From Azolla caroliniana (lineage: Eukaryota > Plantae > Polypodiophyta), in assembly GCA_043228905.1 (NCBI GenBank), contig JBHGNT010000015.1:10664001-10728000 (forward strand): a DNA stretch of 64,000 nt, read 5' to 3'. A program made the position numbers and the translations under genes. The notes under the pieces are model-generated. The model saw nothing but the letters and a program-made list of their open reading frames with translations. It made no database searches and was not told the origin of the DNA. The stretch's first letter is position 1, and each line of letters starts with the position of its first letter. Of the stretch, positions 35,521 to 49,731 are shown piece after piece.

Positions 35521-38474
35521 CATCTGCGCAACAAGGGACTGGATGGATACCTGAAGGTTGCAGATTCCGAACCCCACCTACATGCCACACATATCATCCA
35601 ACAGATTGACATAACCAATATAACCAACAAATAGGTACATCAAATTCTTAATCTGAGGATAGAAGGGTATGATGCTATGACAAAATTGAAACCGGAGGTC
35701 TTGGCGTCCTATTTCGGCGAATACTCACCATCGGCCAAGGCCTATCAAACGCAAGGTGGAGAAGATCAATTCCTTCACGAAGTCACCAAATTTCTATTAC
35801 AAGTAGCATTTGTCAGTCCACAATTTTATTACATGCCAAAAAAGAGGGTAGGTTTGATCATATCAACATATGAAGGGGAGATGTTTGACTGGGGACTTTT
35901 GACTGCAGAAGCGCTTAGGGAGCAACTCAATGAGGTTCAAAGTGGAAAACCCATGAAGCCGATATTCGCCAAATGGTTAGTAGTACTCTACCCAACACCT
36001 AGTTCGGAGAGTCGGCAAAGTGCCTCACAAACAGAAGGACAACCACAGAGACATGCCACATCAAAGGCTAGGAAGCAAGTGCCACGGGAAGAATGGCATG
36101 AACTAGAATCGACTTCTATCGGTAACCAATAGTCGGAACCCGTCCGATAAACAAAAATGGCAACAGAGCAACCACAAGATTCAATAGCGACTCCTATGCC
36201 CAATAGCAAAGTACTAGAACAGACACTGACCCTAGCACCATAGCAGGCCCAAGAACAGGTCTCGACACTAACATCGGGAAATACAACTCAGGATGAGACG
36301 GACAAACAGAAAGCACAACGCTACACACAACCAGACGAGGAAGTACCGGTGGCGAAAAGACAGAGGATGGATACACAGTCTCAACAAACAAATGAAGAAG
36401 GTCGCGTCGATCCAAATGACACAAGCCGGGTAGAAAAGGGGAAATCATCAATTATGACTCCTAGAGAAGTATTAGGGCTACCCGAACTTCCACCGACAAC
36501 ACATGAACTAGCGGCCTTTATGCAATTTGACACATCGTATGAACTAGTGGAATGGATCGCACAACAACTGCAAGAAGTATCGGAACGGTTGGCCCAAGAA
36601 CATAAGGATCGGGTAATGATCCAGAAGTCTTTAATTGGAGCTGTCGAGCTAGAGGAACAACAAGAACTTGATAGAATCAGCCGACAACAAAATGCAACGA
36701 ATCCAGGCGAGGCAATTCCATTGCCTCCATTACATACAACACTTGTAGAAGTGCATAGAGAATATGACATGGCAAATAGGGCAACCAAAGACATGGCTGA
36801 AGCATACAAGAGAGGCACAACAGCAACAGATCAGCTACAGGACCAATGGACAAAAAGCCAAGCTAAAAATGACAAGTTGTCGGAAATACCCCGACAAACT
36901 GAAGAAAAATTAAAAGTAGCTGAAGCTCAAGAACAGACATGCCAGACATGAGAGAAGAAAGCGGGGGGATGCAACTGCTAGAGCCGAAGCAGTAGAGCAC
37001 AAGGTCAAGAATTTAGAAGGTGGTGGGATGAGAAAGATGATGCTATCTAACAATTAAAAAGACAATTGGCACAACAACAGGATCAAACGCAACAACAAAC
37101 AGAACAGGTACATGAATTGGAAGAGTATATCAGAATCAAGGACGATTATTTTGCGAACCAAATGGCCGAGACAGAACTCCAAAAAGGGGCTACACAAGAG
37201 GCGCATGAAGAAGAAAAGTGACGCCTGGAATCGATGAATACCAATTTAACAAGAATCTGCGCCGAGTTAGAAGTCAAGTATGAGAACGAACGATTAGAGT
37301 TGTTGGTAGCCAAAGCTAAGTTAATGCAAGCAGAAGGCTCAAACAACGCGCAAATAGAAGAATTAAGAAAACTATTAGCCGCGACACAATACCAGGTAAG
37401 TATGGGTGAGGAAAAAGTCCGACTGATAATAAAAGCCCACAAGCTCAAAATGCTACATCTGGTAGCCAAACCCCTCGACAAAGGATTGAGGACCTGGTTG
37501 GCGCTGGCAGCCGAATTGCAACTCTTGTGTGCCGACAGGGGGAACAGAAAAGTGCAAGGTCAAGGGTTCTTCAAATTGACAAAGGAAGACATCTCTACAG
37601 TACAGGAAGACTTAGCTCGGGACTTGTATGAGCTAGCAACAAGCCATCGAGAGGAAATAACTCGGCTAATGGAGGAATTCGATGCCCATGACATCAACAC
37701 CGCTACCAAGCTAGACAAATACGAATGAAACCAACGACAACAAACAACCGAGCTTGGATCTTCCCCCACGCCGCAGCCACCACCACAACTAACCAACGTT
37801 GAAGACGAGGAGAATAGCGCCGACGACAACAACAACCCTGAACAGGAAGCAGAACCATCACTGTTCAACATACTCCACGATGATGAAAACGACGATGACG
37901 ACCCTGACCCAACCGAGCAAGCGTAACAGGTACTATGGGTTCGACGGGGCAAGGCCTTGGCCCACGGGCGTGCCATGTGTTAGTCAGTTAGGGTAAGAGT
38001 CGGATAAGTGTGGAAGCGTCGGAGTCGACAATGTTCGGAAAAGATAAAATCGGAGCCGGATCGACAAGGCGGATCAATGAGTCAGTATTTTTTAAAATAA
38101 TCATAGAAAGTAAAGTTAGTTAGAAGTTTTGGATAGTTCTTGCCGATGAGGCAAGATGTAATTCTTGATGAGTCTGTCTTTCGGTTACCTATAAAAAGGA
38201 ATCAAAGACATTGTTACACTATCGTTCTATTTTAAGGTTAATATAGTTATTAGTTAGTAGAAATCTATGCTGCATATTTGTTGAGTAATTTATTGTTCTA
38301 TTGACTGAGTTATATTCTGTCGGCAACTATATTATGTCAATTAGTCGATCACGATACATCTATATGATATCGTAAGCTACCTAGTAAGTGAGTTTGTGTT
38401 CCATTCGTAACTCCGTAGTTTCTTGATAGAACGTTTGATATAGAATTTTCGACCCTGTTGTGTTGTTGGTCTCA
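35520..38474 (+). mobile_element. 3' portion of an LTR retrotransposon: decayed extra ORF (FDWG motif plus long coiled coil) and 3' LTR (37976-38474)
   Basis: Collinear ORF fragments 35677-36132, 36349-36951 and 37234-37728 are broken by stops and end in an acidic tail. GGGCGTGCCA precedes TGTGTTAG; internal CTATAAAAAGG; the LTR ends ...GGTCTCA exactly where the neighbouring LINE ORF is cut. Confidence 0.65.
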
Positions 38475-40670
38475 GTAGTCGGTCGAACAACAATCATCCT
38501 CCCATTTGAGACTTTGAATATGTGTTCCTCTCAATTTCGGAGCCTTGGTAAGAAAAAACTCCTTGTTGACTTTATCTCCCTTGACAACCCACCATGATGC
38601 TGACTTTCCGAAGAGGAATTGCTCACGTTGTTGCCTAATCTCTTGCATCACCCTCGTGACCTCTTGCAGCATGTCTTTCGCCCAAGCACAATATGGGTTC
38701 ACTTGCGTAAGCTTTTGAGCTGAGATGACTACCTTCCTCAGGCATTGCAGTTGGTATTGACACCTTACCAACTCCCCCCTAGCCAGTTTCTGAAGAATAA
38801 AAGAAGAATTAATAATCTTTTCCTCCAATACTTGTACCGGGTTGTCAGATGATGGGGATGTCGCCCAAATGTTATTCATTGCATCCTTAACCTTCTGGAT
38901 ACCAAAAATCTTCGGAGGAATCCTTGAATTTCCCTCACTCTTCTTCTTATAAACAGGATCGAGAATCATGGAGACTAGAAGGTGATCCAAATAGGTAAAG
39001 CCAGCTAGAATGGATGTGTGGTCGCGCCATTCATCTATTCTGGGGATCACATAGATGCGGTCCAATCTAGAGTGACGTCCTTCACTCTCCTTCCAACCAA
39101 ATCGTGAAAACCTCAAGGAATTTGCCTCGACCTCCATACTAGAATACCATGAATCCCGGATTCCTAGCATAGAAATTAAGAAACCCCATGCTCTAAGCTC
39201 CTCCCCCTGTAACAAGTTCGAATGAGCCCCAAGAAAATCTTTCATTTTCTTTGTCATGTTAAAATCCCCCGCCACTATCCAATTACCGAAGGAGGGAATT
39301 TTGTTTGCTAGCACATTCCAAAATGAGGTCCTCTCGCTGCTACTATTTTGTGCATAAACATTTAGCACCCCAAATTTTACATTCCTCCATTCCAAGTAGC
39401 TGAACATGGCCCTGCCTTCTATCAGTATGCCATGATCTAAAATGGCGATATCCGGTGATTTCCTCACCGAAATACATACTCCACTTCTCCTCTCTAACAC
39501 ACCGTGAGCAGGAGCCCACCATGTGTACCAATCCCCTAGCAATAGGTCTTTGAAAAGTTCTGTTCTTTCTCGTCCAAGGTGATGCTCTTGTAAGAGCAAA
39601 ATATCAATCGTCCTACATAAGCCAACAACTTCCAAGTCTCTCCTAAAAATTCATGTCTCTAGCAGATGTTGTGACCCACCAAGTCCCTGCACATTCCAAG
39701 AACAAATTCTCATTTTCTTGGGTTCACGAAAAAAGCCAAGGGGGAATCTCCCATGCTTGACAAATATGTCTCCACCATACTCCATAGAAATTCCCACTTC
39801 ATACTTATTTTCCATTTGTTATCCATGGGTAATTCATCAAAATCGAAGTGGGACAAACCAAGCTTCATCACTAGATCATGCACCTTCCATATGCAAACCT
39901 ATGGAACATCTTGAACAAGTTCCATAAGCTCCCCTTGTATCGGGGAGCTCTTCCACAATGTTTGCAGCCCCTCAACCTCGTTTTCAGATGTAAGGTACCA
40001 GATACATACTCATGCCCTATTACAAAACGACTTCAAGGACGAGTCTTCTCCACTTTCATTTTCCAAATCAGTCTCCAAGTCTAAAGAACAACTAGTCTCA
40101 GGTCTACCTGAGTTGTTGTTGACGAGGACCATATTTGCTCTACTCCACTTTTGAATTCTTCCCCTCGGATTACCAATGTTCACCTCGACCTTGGGTACCT
40201 ACATAACTTGCATCCTCCATTCTTTCAACATAACAAACTCAACTCCCATAGTTGAAGGACTTCTGATCTCAATTCATGCGATCATTTCCAACAATTCACT
40301 ATTCCCAATGTCTGCTTGACTTTCCTTGTCCTTCCCTTTTTTGATCCATGCCTTAACCATTCTCAGGTTTGATGAAAATCTATTGCCACGACCTTCGGAG
40401 GGCTCTACATGTGTTTCGTGGGTCTTGACTCTTGGCAGCAAATCGAATGGAGTTGCTAAAGATATTTTGCCTGCTTGGGATTCCTCTTCCATTTGTGACA
40501 GGATATCAAATCTATTCGAAATGGAACTGCCACTTGTAGGTGGACCTGTAAGACCATGGAGGTTAGGCATGGCCACTTTCCTCGGCAATAGTCATCATTA
40601 TTCCCCCACAACTTGCTTCCCATTGTGAACTAGTATCATCTGGCTTCCTATCACTAACTTTGGGTTATCC
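38475..40670 (-). mobile_element. L1/Tx1-like LINE fragment: ORF1 remnants plus ORF2 AP endonuclease, truncated by LTR elements on both sides
   Basis: MRICSWNVQGL (ATG at 39713), LLQEHHL, NVYAQN, IVAGDFN, SRLDRIY and YLDHL are EEP endonuclease motifs. SNRFDIL upstream is typical of L1 ORF1. Confidence 0.88.
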
Positions 40671-40672
40671 GG

Positions 40673-40730
40673 TGTCGCGTTGTTACGCGCGTGCACGTAG
40701 AAGGGCGGGACCACGGGGGTCTTGGACCGA

Positions 40731-40807
<77 letters not shown>

Positions 40808-43800
40808 CACAGACACGTAGAAGCGAGAAGGAGAGATATAGAACGGAACACTTGATTACAATAACAGGAGATTACAATAACAAGAGATTACAAACTCCGA
40901 CGGTTACAACCGGCAAGGCGGCGATGGACCCGACACGGGGACCCTACTCACGCACATAGACGGAACACAGTGGACCCAGAGAAACGCAGAAGGAAAAGCC
41001 TCTGCTGGCAGTGCACGGGCTACCCACGAAGCAGAGGCGTCGAACTCCCCCGCACCCACGGAGAATGACGGTCGGAGGAGGAGAGAGAGATCGGCTTTCG
41101 GTCCTGCAACACTTCATCCTCCTTAACGCGCGATCCCCCTCTCTTCCTTCTCTCCTCTCCTTAAATAGTTCCCAAAAAGGGGTGCCCCTTTCCCTAGTCA
41201 AATCGCTTTATTCCCTGTCCCTTCTGATAGAGATACGCACAATCCCTCCTAATAAATGTGCACTACTTAGTATTTACATCAATTGATCCATTTATGAATC
41301 AATATCAAAATATCAATTCATGCGTCCATCCGTGTAAGAGCCGGTTCATGCGCCCTTTTGCCCGAATCCGCCTATGGCCGGTTTTCTTCACGACATCCGC
41401 CCCCACAAAACCACACATCCACCGGCATGCGCCAGAGACGGGATGATACCGAAGAAAACCGGCTTTAGTCGGCGCTCTTTGATTCTTTGTCGGGCCCAAA
41501 CTGATCGTCGTTGTCGCTCTCGTCCACGCCCTCTGGGTCCGGCTCGTCCTCGAACCGCTTCTTGAATGCTTTGATCCGCTTCCCAGCCACCGGTACTGCT
41601 AGCCGTGTCCCGTCAAGTTCTGCGAGGTGGTACGTGCCATTGTCGTTCGCGCTCATCACCGTGTAGGGCCCGAACCATCTCCTCGCGAACATTCGCATCG
41701 CCTTGTGCTGATTGTCGAGGTTGTTATCGTACACCAAGACCCAGTCGCCTTCCTCGATCTTCTTTGGTCGCAACCGGTGCGTCTAGTTGAACCGGGTCTT
41801 GTTCCGTTCCCTTGCCGCCTGCAACTTTTCCTTTGCCCGTTTCATGTCCTCCGGCCTCCGCTCGAGTTGCCGAATCCGCGCCGCCAGCAACTCCTCCCGG
41901 CTCATCTCGTCCTTCCAATCTACTGACGCCCACGAAGAAACCGTCCGTTCCACCGGCATGATCGGCTTCTGTCCATACATCAGCTCTGTCGGCATAAACC
42001 CTGTTACCGAACTGTGCGTAGTTCGGTCCGCCCATAGTGCGTAAGGAAGGAGTCGCGGCCAATTCCCGACTTGCCCTCCGCATGCACACACCAACGCCTT
42101 TACGATCGGCCCATGCCCACGTTCTACCTTCCCGTTCGCCTCCGGATTGTATGCCGTAGTGAGGGAGAGTTTGACCCCTAGTCGGTCGAACAACTCCTCA
42201 GCTTCCCGCGCATCCAGCTCTCCCCGGTCTGCCACGATCCTCCCGACGCACCCGTACCGACACACTACCTCTTCGATCAAGAACCGGCATACCGCTGTGG
42301 TTGTCTTGTTCTGTAGTGCATGGCCTTCCACCCGGTTCGTTAAGTCTTCTTGCACAAGCACCATGTATCGCATCTGTCCTACTCCCATCGGCATCATCAC
42401 CAAGTCCACCATCCACTTGAAATGGACCGCAGGCGGGTAAGTCAGGTGTAGCTTGTCCCGATGTCGGACTACGGAGTGTATCTGACATCTTTCACAAGTC
42501 GTTACGAACCGATGCACGTCCCGGTACAACCCCGACCACCAGTACTTCTCCTTCAGTTTCTCGAACGTGGCCCACGTTCCACGGTGTCCGGCCCAAGGAC
42601 TCTCGTGAAATGCCGCCAGTAGTTTCCCCTGTTCTTCTTTCTTTGCCACTACTCGGAGTGGGATGTCGTTTCTCTTCTTTGGGTGCCTCCATATGCACCC
42701 GTCCCGCAGGAAGAATCGGTACGCCTTCTTCCGTACCCGGCTCGCCTCCTCTCTCGTCCATGCTACGTCCAGCGTCATTGTCCGTAGGAACCTCCCGATT
42801 TGGAGCCACTCCCCATCATACCTGCTTTCGTCAAATTCGTTAAGCGCCGGAGTGTCCCTTTTCCTCGTCGTTACGTTAGCCGACCCGAAGAAATCCTCGC
42901 CGACTTCTTCGTCATCCGAAACCATGCGGTCTTCGTCGTTGAACCTTGCTCTCGAAAGCAAGTCGGCCATGGCGTTGTCCTTTCCGGAGATGTGCCGTAT
43001 CTCCGGGTTCAGGGACTTAATGTACGCTATCCACCGGAGCATTGCTAGGTCCGGCGTCGCGCATCCGGAAACCATGCCGAGTATCGGCAGGCAATCCGTG
43101 TCAATGATTACCTCCGTCCCGATCAGATAGTCCTTGTCCTTGTCCTCCTGACTGATTACCCACCCAATCCCGGTCGGGCTCGTGTCCACCGTCACGCAAA
43201 TGGGGACATCCTTGCCGTAAACCGCTTTTCGGAGAGCCGGTGCTACTGTAAGCGCCTCCTTTAGTCTCCGTACCGACTTCGTGTGCTCCGTCCTCCACTC
43301 AAAGCTACGCCCCTTTTTCAATAGCCCGTAGAGAGGCTCCGCAACATGCACGTAGTGCGGAATCCAGATGTGGTAGAACGCGCATGCTCCCAAGAATCTG
43401 CGGACCTCCGTGACCGACCTGCAATCATCCCTCATCGCCGAGATGGCCTCCACCTTTGCCAGAGACGGTTTCCTACCATAGGGCCCGCACAAGTGTCCGA
43501 CCACCAAGATCTCCGACTGCCCGAACGCCGATTTTTCTCCGTAGAAGGTGAGTCGTGCGTTTTCGAGCTTCTGCAACACCTTCTCACAATCGTTGATGTG
43601 GTTCACGAGGAACCTCCGGCATCCGTCTAGCCCGACAGTCTCGTCCGCGTCATCCACCGGACACCCCTTTATCGGGATATTGTCCAAGAATGGCATGGTG
43701 ATGTCCGGGATGCAGTCCCTCAGCACCTTGTTCATTGCATTCACCATATGCGCCACCGAATTCGTCCCGCCTTGTGGTAGGGTACACATCCGTACTAGGC

Positions 43801-46404
43801 CGAGAGGGGTTCGCATCGTCGTGATATCCCTGCTCTCGACTGCTAGCTGGAACTGGTCATACCCCGAGTATAAGTCACCGACCGAATAGATCGACCTTCA
43901 AGCAAAGGCCTCCACGAACTCATCTATGGTCGGCCCGATTCTTGCGTTACGGATGGTCACCCTGTTGACCGGTTGTAGGTCCTGAATGAAGCGCAACATG
44001 CCGTTCTTCTTTGGCACCGTAAACCACCGGTTCGAATACGGGGCACTCGACGGTTTGAGGATGCCCATCTCCACCCTCTGCTTTATAAGCTCCATCAACT
44101 TCGGGATGTGAGCTCTCGGCACCGGAATTGGTTTGAGATTCCACGGTACATGCGGTACTGTGAAGATCACCATCGGTTCGACGATCGTCGGGTCCACGCA
44201 CCCGATCTCCTCCGACGAGAACGCGAAGGCTTTCCCATGCCTTCCGAGCATTCTCCGAAACCTGTCCTCCTCCGCCCGCAGTAGGAAGCCACCCCCACCG
44301 ACCTTGAGCTCCCGTAGCATTATGTCAGTGAACCGGTGCCCTATGCCAGCCAAATTCCGTAAACTTGGGTCTGATGCGACCCCTTTTATCCGCTCCTCGC
44401 TGCCCTCCGGCAATGGTGCTACGACTAGCCTCACCTTCCGGTCCACAGTCTTGTACTTTGTATCCACGCGGGCCGTCTGATCCGACCCGATCCTTTCCTC
44501 GAAGTTCGCGATGACTTCGTACATTCCCATCGAACTAACCAGAACGGTCCGGTCTTCTCTAAGGTCTTCACCGATCACCTTTCGCAACTCGCCCAAGGTA
44601 TCGTCAAAAGAGACCGCCTCCACGGCGCCGCTGATCTCTTCGTCGGGGGAGAGGACTCCGCATCCCCTGAGCCACTCCTCCGCTCGCTTCCTTTCCCGGC
44701 CGCTGACGCTGGCTATAGTACAACCTCCGTTTTCAAAAAACCAAAACTTCCTACCTACTGTACATGTGTGGGGTTCTTCTGGTTCGTCCGGACTACCGCG
44801 GCCCCACGCCTTGATAGCCCTCTCTAAAAATCCCCTCGGTTGTCGCCGCCAAGGGTCTCGCGATTCCTCTCATGGTTCGGACGTACAGTCATGAATTGGA
44901 CGGAACGACGATCGTCCTGGCTCTTGATGCGCACATACGCCGAACCATTGTCCAACACCTTCGTCTCCATGCGTGCTGCCGTAATGTATGGTTCGCCGAG
45001 AATCACCGGGTGCGAGGTTGTTTCCTGCACGAAGAAATGTTGATCTATCTCGACGTCACCGACCTTTACGCGTATATTCGGGCACGCACCATGCAGCTCC
45101 TCCATAGCACGCGTCGTCGCGCGTATCTTCCACCCATGCTTGGTGTTGATCGGCCATTTACCCCTCTTGTAGAAATCCATGGACATAAGGTTGATTTCGG
45201 ATCCATGGTCTACCAAGGCCACCACCGGTTCCGGAACGTCGCCGATCTGCACAGGGGTTTCCGTAGTTGCCCTGGCCCAATGCGGCTTTGCGTAGTGGCT
45301 TTCCGCCAACTCATCTTCTAGGGCCACGTCTTCTAAGTGTGTAGTCCGCACCTCCACCGGCTTCTCCAGTTCTGGCTCCGTCGAGAGCCTCGTCCGCTTC
45401 ACCAAGTCTACGATGGAGTCGTGGAACTCCCTCTTGGTGATTCCCAACACCTCCCGCAACGACAACTCCACTTTACTGTCGAGGATACGTTCCTCTAGGA
45501 CCTTTCGCAGGTCTATGGTCCTTTCGATTTCGGTGCTCAACCAAAACCCCGCCTGCTTCTTTCTGTCCGGCGCACCTGGGTTGCCGGCACCGATCGGTTT
45601 CGGTCCGAACCGGGTCTCATACCTCTGTAGGGGACCGACCCCTCCGGTCTTTCCTGCCCATTTGTCGTCCACCAGAACCTCGTAGTTCTAGCAAGCGGCT
45701 TCTACGAAGCCCTTGACCGAATCGTCCCAACCGGTGACCTCCTGGACCCTCTGCTCCACGCGGTCTGCCTCTTCCTTCTTCAACCGAACTCCGGAGAGGC
45801 CTTCTAGCACTAGCGGCCAGAATCCGGAGTCCTTCGCCTTCCGGGTCTCATCACCCCCGACCCGAATTCCCGCCGACACTGAGTAGTTAACGGCTTCAAC
45901 GTGCCGTGCCACTGCCTCTTCCATCAACCTCTTCATTCCGCCGCGCCCCGTATTTAGTTCTAGGGCTCTCCGGGTCTCGCTCGCGTGCACTCACCCGTTC
46001 TAGAGGTACACCACGTTGGTCCTGAGCGCGTCGGTGAAATCCGCGCAATCCTTCCGAATGTGACCGATCGCGTCACACCACATGCACCGCTGCCCAGCCG
46101 GCGGCCTCCGGTCGCGAGGTTGTTCGCTGCTGTCTCTCTGGGCCTGTGCGATCTGCAGGTCGTGTACCATATGTGTCAACTCCTCCAGAGCCACTCCTCC
46201 GGATGGGCCTCTAACCACGTCCTTCGATGCCAACCCTGACTCTGGCCAGATTCGGGTCTCTTCCTTCCTACCGGCCGGCACCAATACCGGCTCCTCGAGC
46301 CTCCTCCCTAGGACCGGCCCTGACCCCGACGAGCTTCTGTCGCTCCAATCGCGTCGTTTGTCGAAACGGCTGCAAACAACCAATGTTTGTTCATCCCAAT
46401 TCAG
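40673..46404 (-). mobile_element. Ty3/Gypsy element, 5'-truncated: gag-(DUF4100-like)-PR-RT-RH-INT plus 3' LTR (~40673-41415)
   Basis: CMWCDAIGHIRKDC; VALVDHGSEINL; PYSNRWFTVPKKNG.LRFIQDLQPVN; LPQGGTNS; FLDNI; VDTSPTGIGWV; HESPWAGHRG..CERCQ; YNPEANGKVERGH. LTR runs TGTGG...CGCGACA. Confidence 0.93.
40736..40805 (+). repeat. (GA)35 microsatellite inside the Gypsy LTR
   Basis: Direct reading. Confidence 0.97.
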
Positions 46405-46925
46405 TAAGCGAGATGAATCAGTAAGGACCTGTGAGCTGGGGATCCGGTATGCCGGATCCAATCCGTAACCGGAAGCCTAGTATAGGTTAGACTACTAGGC
46501 AGTTATAGTCTCGTAGTTAGTGTCAGATGCTCGTGTGAGCATTGAAGTACACTGAACTTCTAACAGTCCCGTGTGGACTTGTATAAATAGCGCTGATGAG
46601 CGCATTGTAGATACATAGAGAGCACAGAGTATTCATATAATTTTGAAGAATAATGTGTCCTGCTCTCTCTCTCTCTCTCTTTCAAAGCTCTCTGTAAGTT
46701 CACTCCGGCCATCGTTGGAAAGCTCTTTGAGAGAGCTTTCTAAAGAATGTTCATTTACTGAATTCCGTTACCGTAGCGAGAAGTTATGAGCATTTTCATC
46801 TGGAGCCATCTTTGCCCCACGGTTCCTCAAACGGAAGGTAGATTTTGAAGCCCTAAATCGAGTGAAAGGTACATTCTCTCTCCTTCCCTCTCTGTCTCTC
46901 TTTTCCTGTAGGGTTTGTCCCTACA

Positions 46926-47794
46926 ATGGCAAATACTCGTAAAACCGCCGCAAAGTTCGGGGGTATAATTGATAATGAGCCGAGATCACCAACAAATCTC
47001 AATTCTAATGCAATGGACAAAATGCTTATGAGTCACTTAATTTCTCTTCAAGAAACCATAAACAAGCAAGGTGAAGAGATTAGGACGTTAATGAAAGAGA
47101 ATACTAAGCTCCAAAGTGTTGTCATTGAGAATGAAAGTCTTAAACAAGTGGTTGCAAAACTTCAAGAAGAGATTCAAGAATGTAAAAAAGCTTCTTTTGA
47201 AACAAATGAGCGCCTTAACAAGATTGAGTTAAAGGAAGCATTAAAAGAAAAAAAATTGGACACGATGAGGCGGGATGTAAGTGAGATGAAAAATGTATGT
47301 ACAACGAAGTCATGGGCCGATGTATGTGGTGGGGATGTGCTATCAAACTCATCTAATATGCATGTGATGCATCAAGAGAAGAATATAGAAAACATAGATG
47401 TTCGAGAATTGAAAGAACGTGAACGAAGATCAAAGAACATTGTCGTCTGTGGGATTAAAGAAGAGAGTATTGAAACACCCGCATCCCTTGGAAAGGCCAT
47501 TGGTGATTTTTTTAGCATGCATTATGGGATGTCAGATGTGAATGTATATGGGGCACACCGAGTTGGGAAACATGGTGTTACTCGCTTCGGAGAAAGGCCT
47601 ATTGTATGCACAATGACAGATGATACAAAGCGGCAGATCATACTTGAAAATAGTTGGGTATACCTCAAAGGTACATAATGCTTTGTGAGTGAAGATCGTA
47701 CTATCTCACAACAAAATGCTCGTCGTAAAGCATATGAAGAAAGATTGAAAAACAAGGTTAAGGATGTGCCTAAAGATGGAAATGTAGGCAAATA
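46926..47794 (+). pseudogene. LINE ORF1 (coiled coil plus RRM-like), one internal stop at 47676-47678
   Basis: ORF 46926-47678 continues in frame after TAA as CFVSEDRTISQQNARRK to TAG at 47794. Confidence 0.8.
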
Positions 47795-49731
47795 GGGACA
47801 CGTGATCTATGAGACTAACCCACACCTTTTACGACTATGCTTTTGGAATTGCAATAGATACCCATGGAATGCGGGATTTGGCATAGAGGAGTTCACCGAT
47901 GCCTCGGATATCACACTTCTTGTTGAAACATGAGAGCATGATACTCAAAGGATTCAAGGTTTAGGAAACTATAATGTACACTCTTTGATATGGAAGAAAA
48001 ATCCAAGACAAAGAAGAGGACAAGGAGGGGTGGCATGTTTGATTAAGAAGGAAATAGAGAAATATGTGTCAATCATAAAAAATGATGAAAATAAATGCTA
48101 CATATGGCTCAAAATAGAAACACCTAATGATTTGCCCACTTTTGTAGTTGGATGTTACATTCCTCATCAAGATTCTAACTTTTATGCTTGTTTGGATAAA
48201 GATCAACCATTTGCCAATCTAGAAGATGATATTGCTTATTTCAAATCCAAAGGGGAAGTTATTGTCTTTGGTGACATGAATGCTCATACAAGAAGTTTCC
48301 AACTTGATTCACAAGAATCTTTCATGCCACATATCTCGAGGATGCAAGAGGATATGCAAATGTATAACCACTCTTCTAGCGATGAAAAAGATTCGGACCA
48401 ATTTGGGAAGTTACTCCTACAAATGTGCAATAGTACCGGATTGCTTATTGTAAATGGTATTTCCTTATGGCCCAACACTAATGGTTTTACATGTAGAAAA
48501 CACAACGGAAATAGTGTGATTGACTATGTGCTACTTTCCGAAGGTATTTTGGATCGTATACATAAATTCTCACTTGGTGAATGGACACTGGAATCTGATC
48601 ATAGGCCTTTATGTATTGATCTCAAATGTATGCATAGGTTTGATTGTGAGAAGGCAATTGAAGATAATAAACAACCGCACTTGAGCATGAACCCTAAGCG
48701 AGCACCCATGTATTCCAAGATGGTTGAGGATATGTTACAAATGACAAAGATACAACATGGTGCCACACTAGAATGCAAATGGGAAGCTTTCAAGAAAGTC
48801 ATTCTCTCATGTACAAACAAATGTTTTTCGACCAATCGCACATCTTGGAAATGCACCAAGAAACTTAGGAAAAAATGGTTTGATAAAGAATGTCGTGAAG
48901 CTCGAAAGTGCCTTATGGTTTTGGATGTAGTTAAGGATAAAGAGAATTACCAAAAGCATTTGCATGAGTATAAAAGGCTTATTCAAAGAAAGAGAAGAAT
49001 ATGGGAAGTTACTCAACAACTTATCCAAACGCAAGAGAAAGCACATGCATGTGCTAAATTTTGGGGAAATCTAAAGGGAAAACGTGTTGAGTGTTATGGT
49101 GACTTAACTCTTCACGACTTGTCTATGCATTGTAAGAATTTATATGAGTTATCTCTTGCCGGAAAGATGACGTGTTATGGTTCTCTTTCACATATGTCTC
49201 CCTTCTTTACAATTGAAGATATATACATAGGACTTAAGAAATTGGCCTCTCGAAAGGCAAGCGATCTTCAATGTATAAAGGCTGAAATGCTCAAATGGAC
49301 GGGAAAGGAAGCACATATATGGATAAGCGATATGTTTAATGATGCATTACAACATGGTATGCTGTACGAATGGACTACAAATTGGATCAAACCTTTACAT
49401 AAAGGTGGAGATATAAATAATGTAAACAACTATCGAACCATCATGGTTGGCTCATTAATGGCAAAACTATTTGGATGTATAATGGAATTAAAGATAAGTG
49501 TATGGGCTGAAAAAAGTGGTAAGAGAGCTTATGGACAAGTTGGCTTTCGGAAACACCATAGCACCATTGATCACCTTATCACCCTTCGAGTATTAATGGA
49601 GGAAAGTCGCCTTAGAGGTAAAGGTTTATATTGTTGCTTTGTAGACTTCAAGAAAGCTTTTGATATGGTACCTATTGAGCATCTTTGGAGGCGAATGGAA
49701 GAACTTGAGGTGCCAAGTGAATATATGCTTG

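Noticed and set aside
40598-40816. ORF with an LSLSLS run
   Set aside because: Translation of the (GA)n microsatellite.
41783-43816. Intact, active Gypsy pol
   Set aside because: RT catalytic DD is mutated (FLDNI), RNase H has an internal deletion, upstream frameshifts are present and the 5' LTR is missing.
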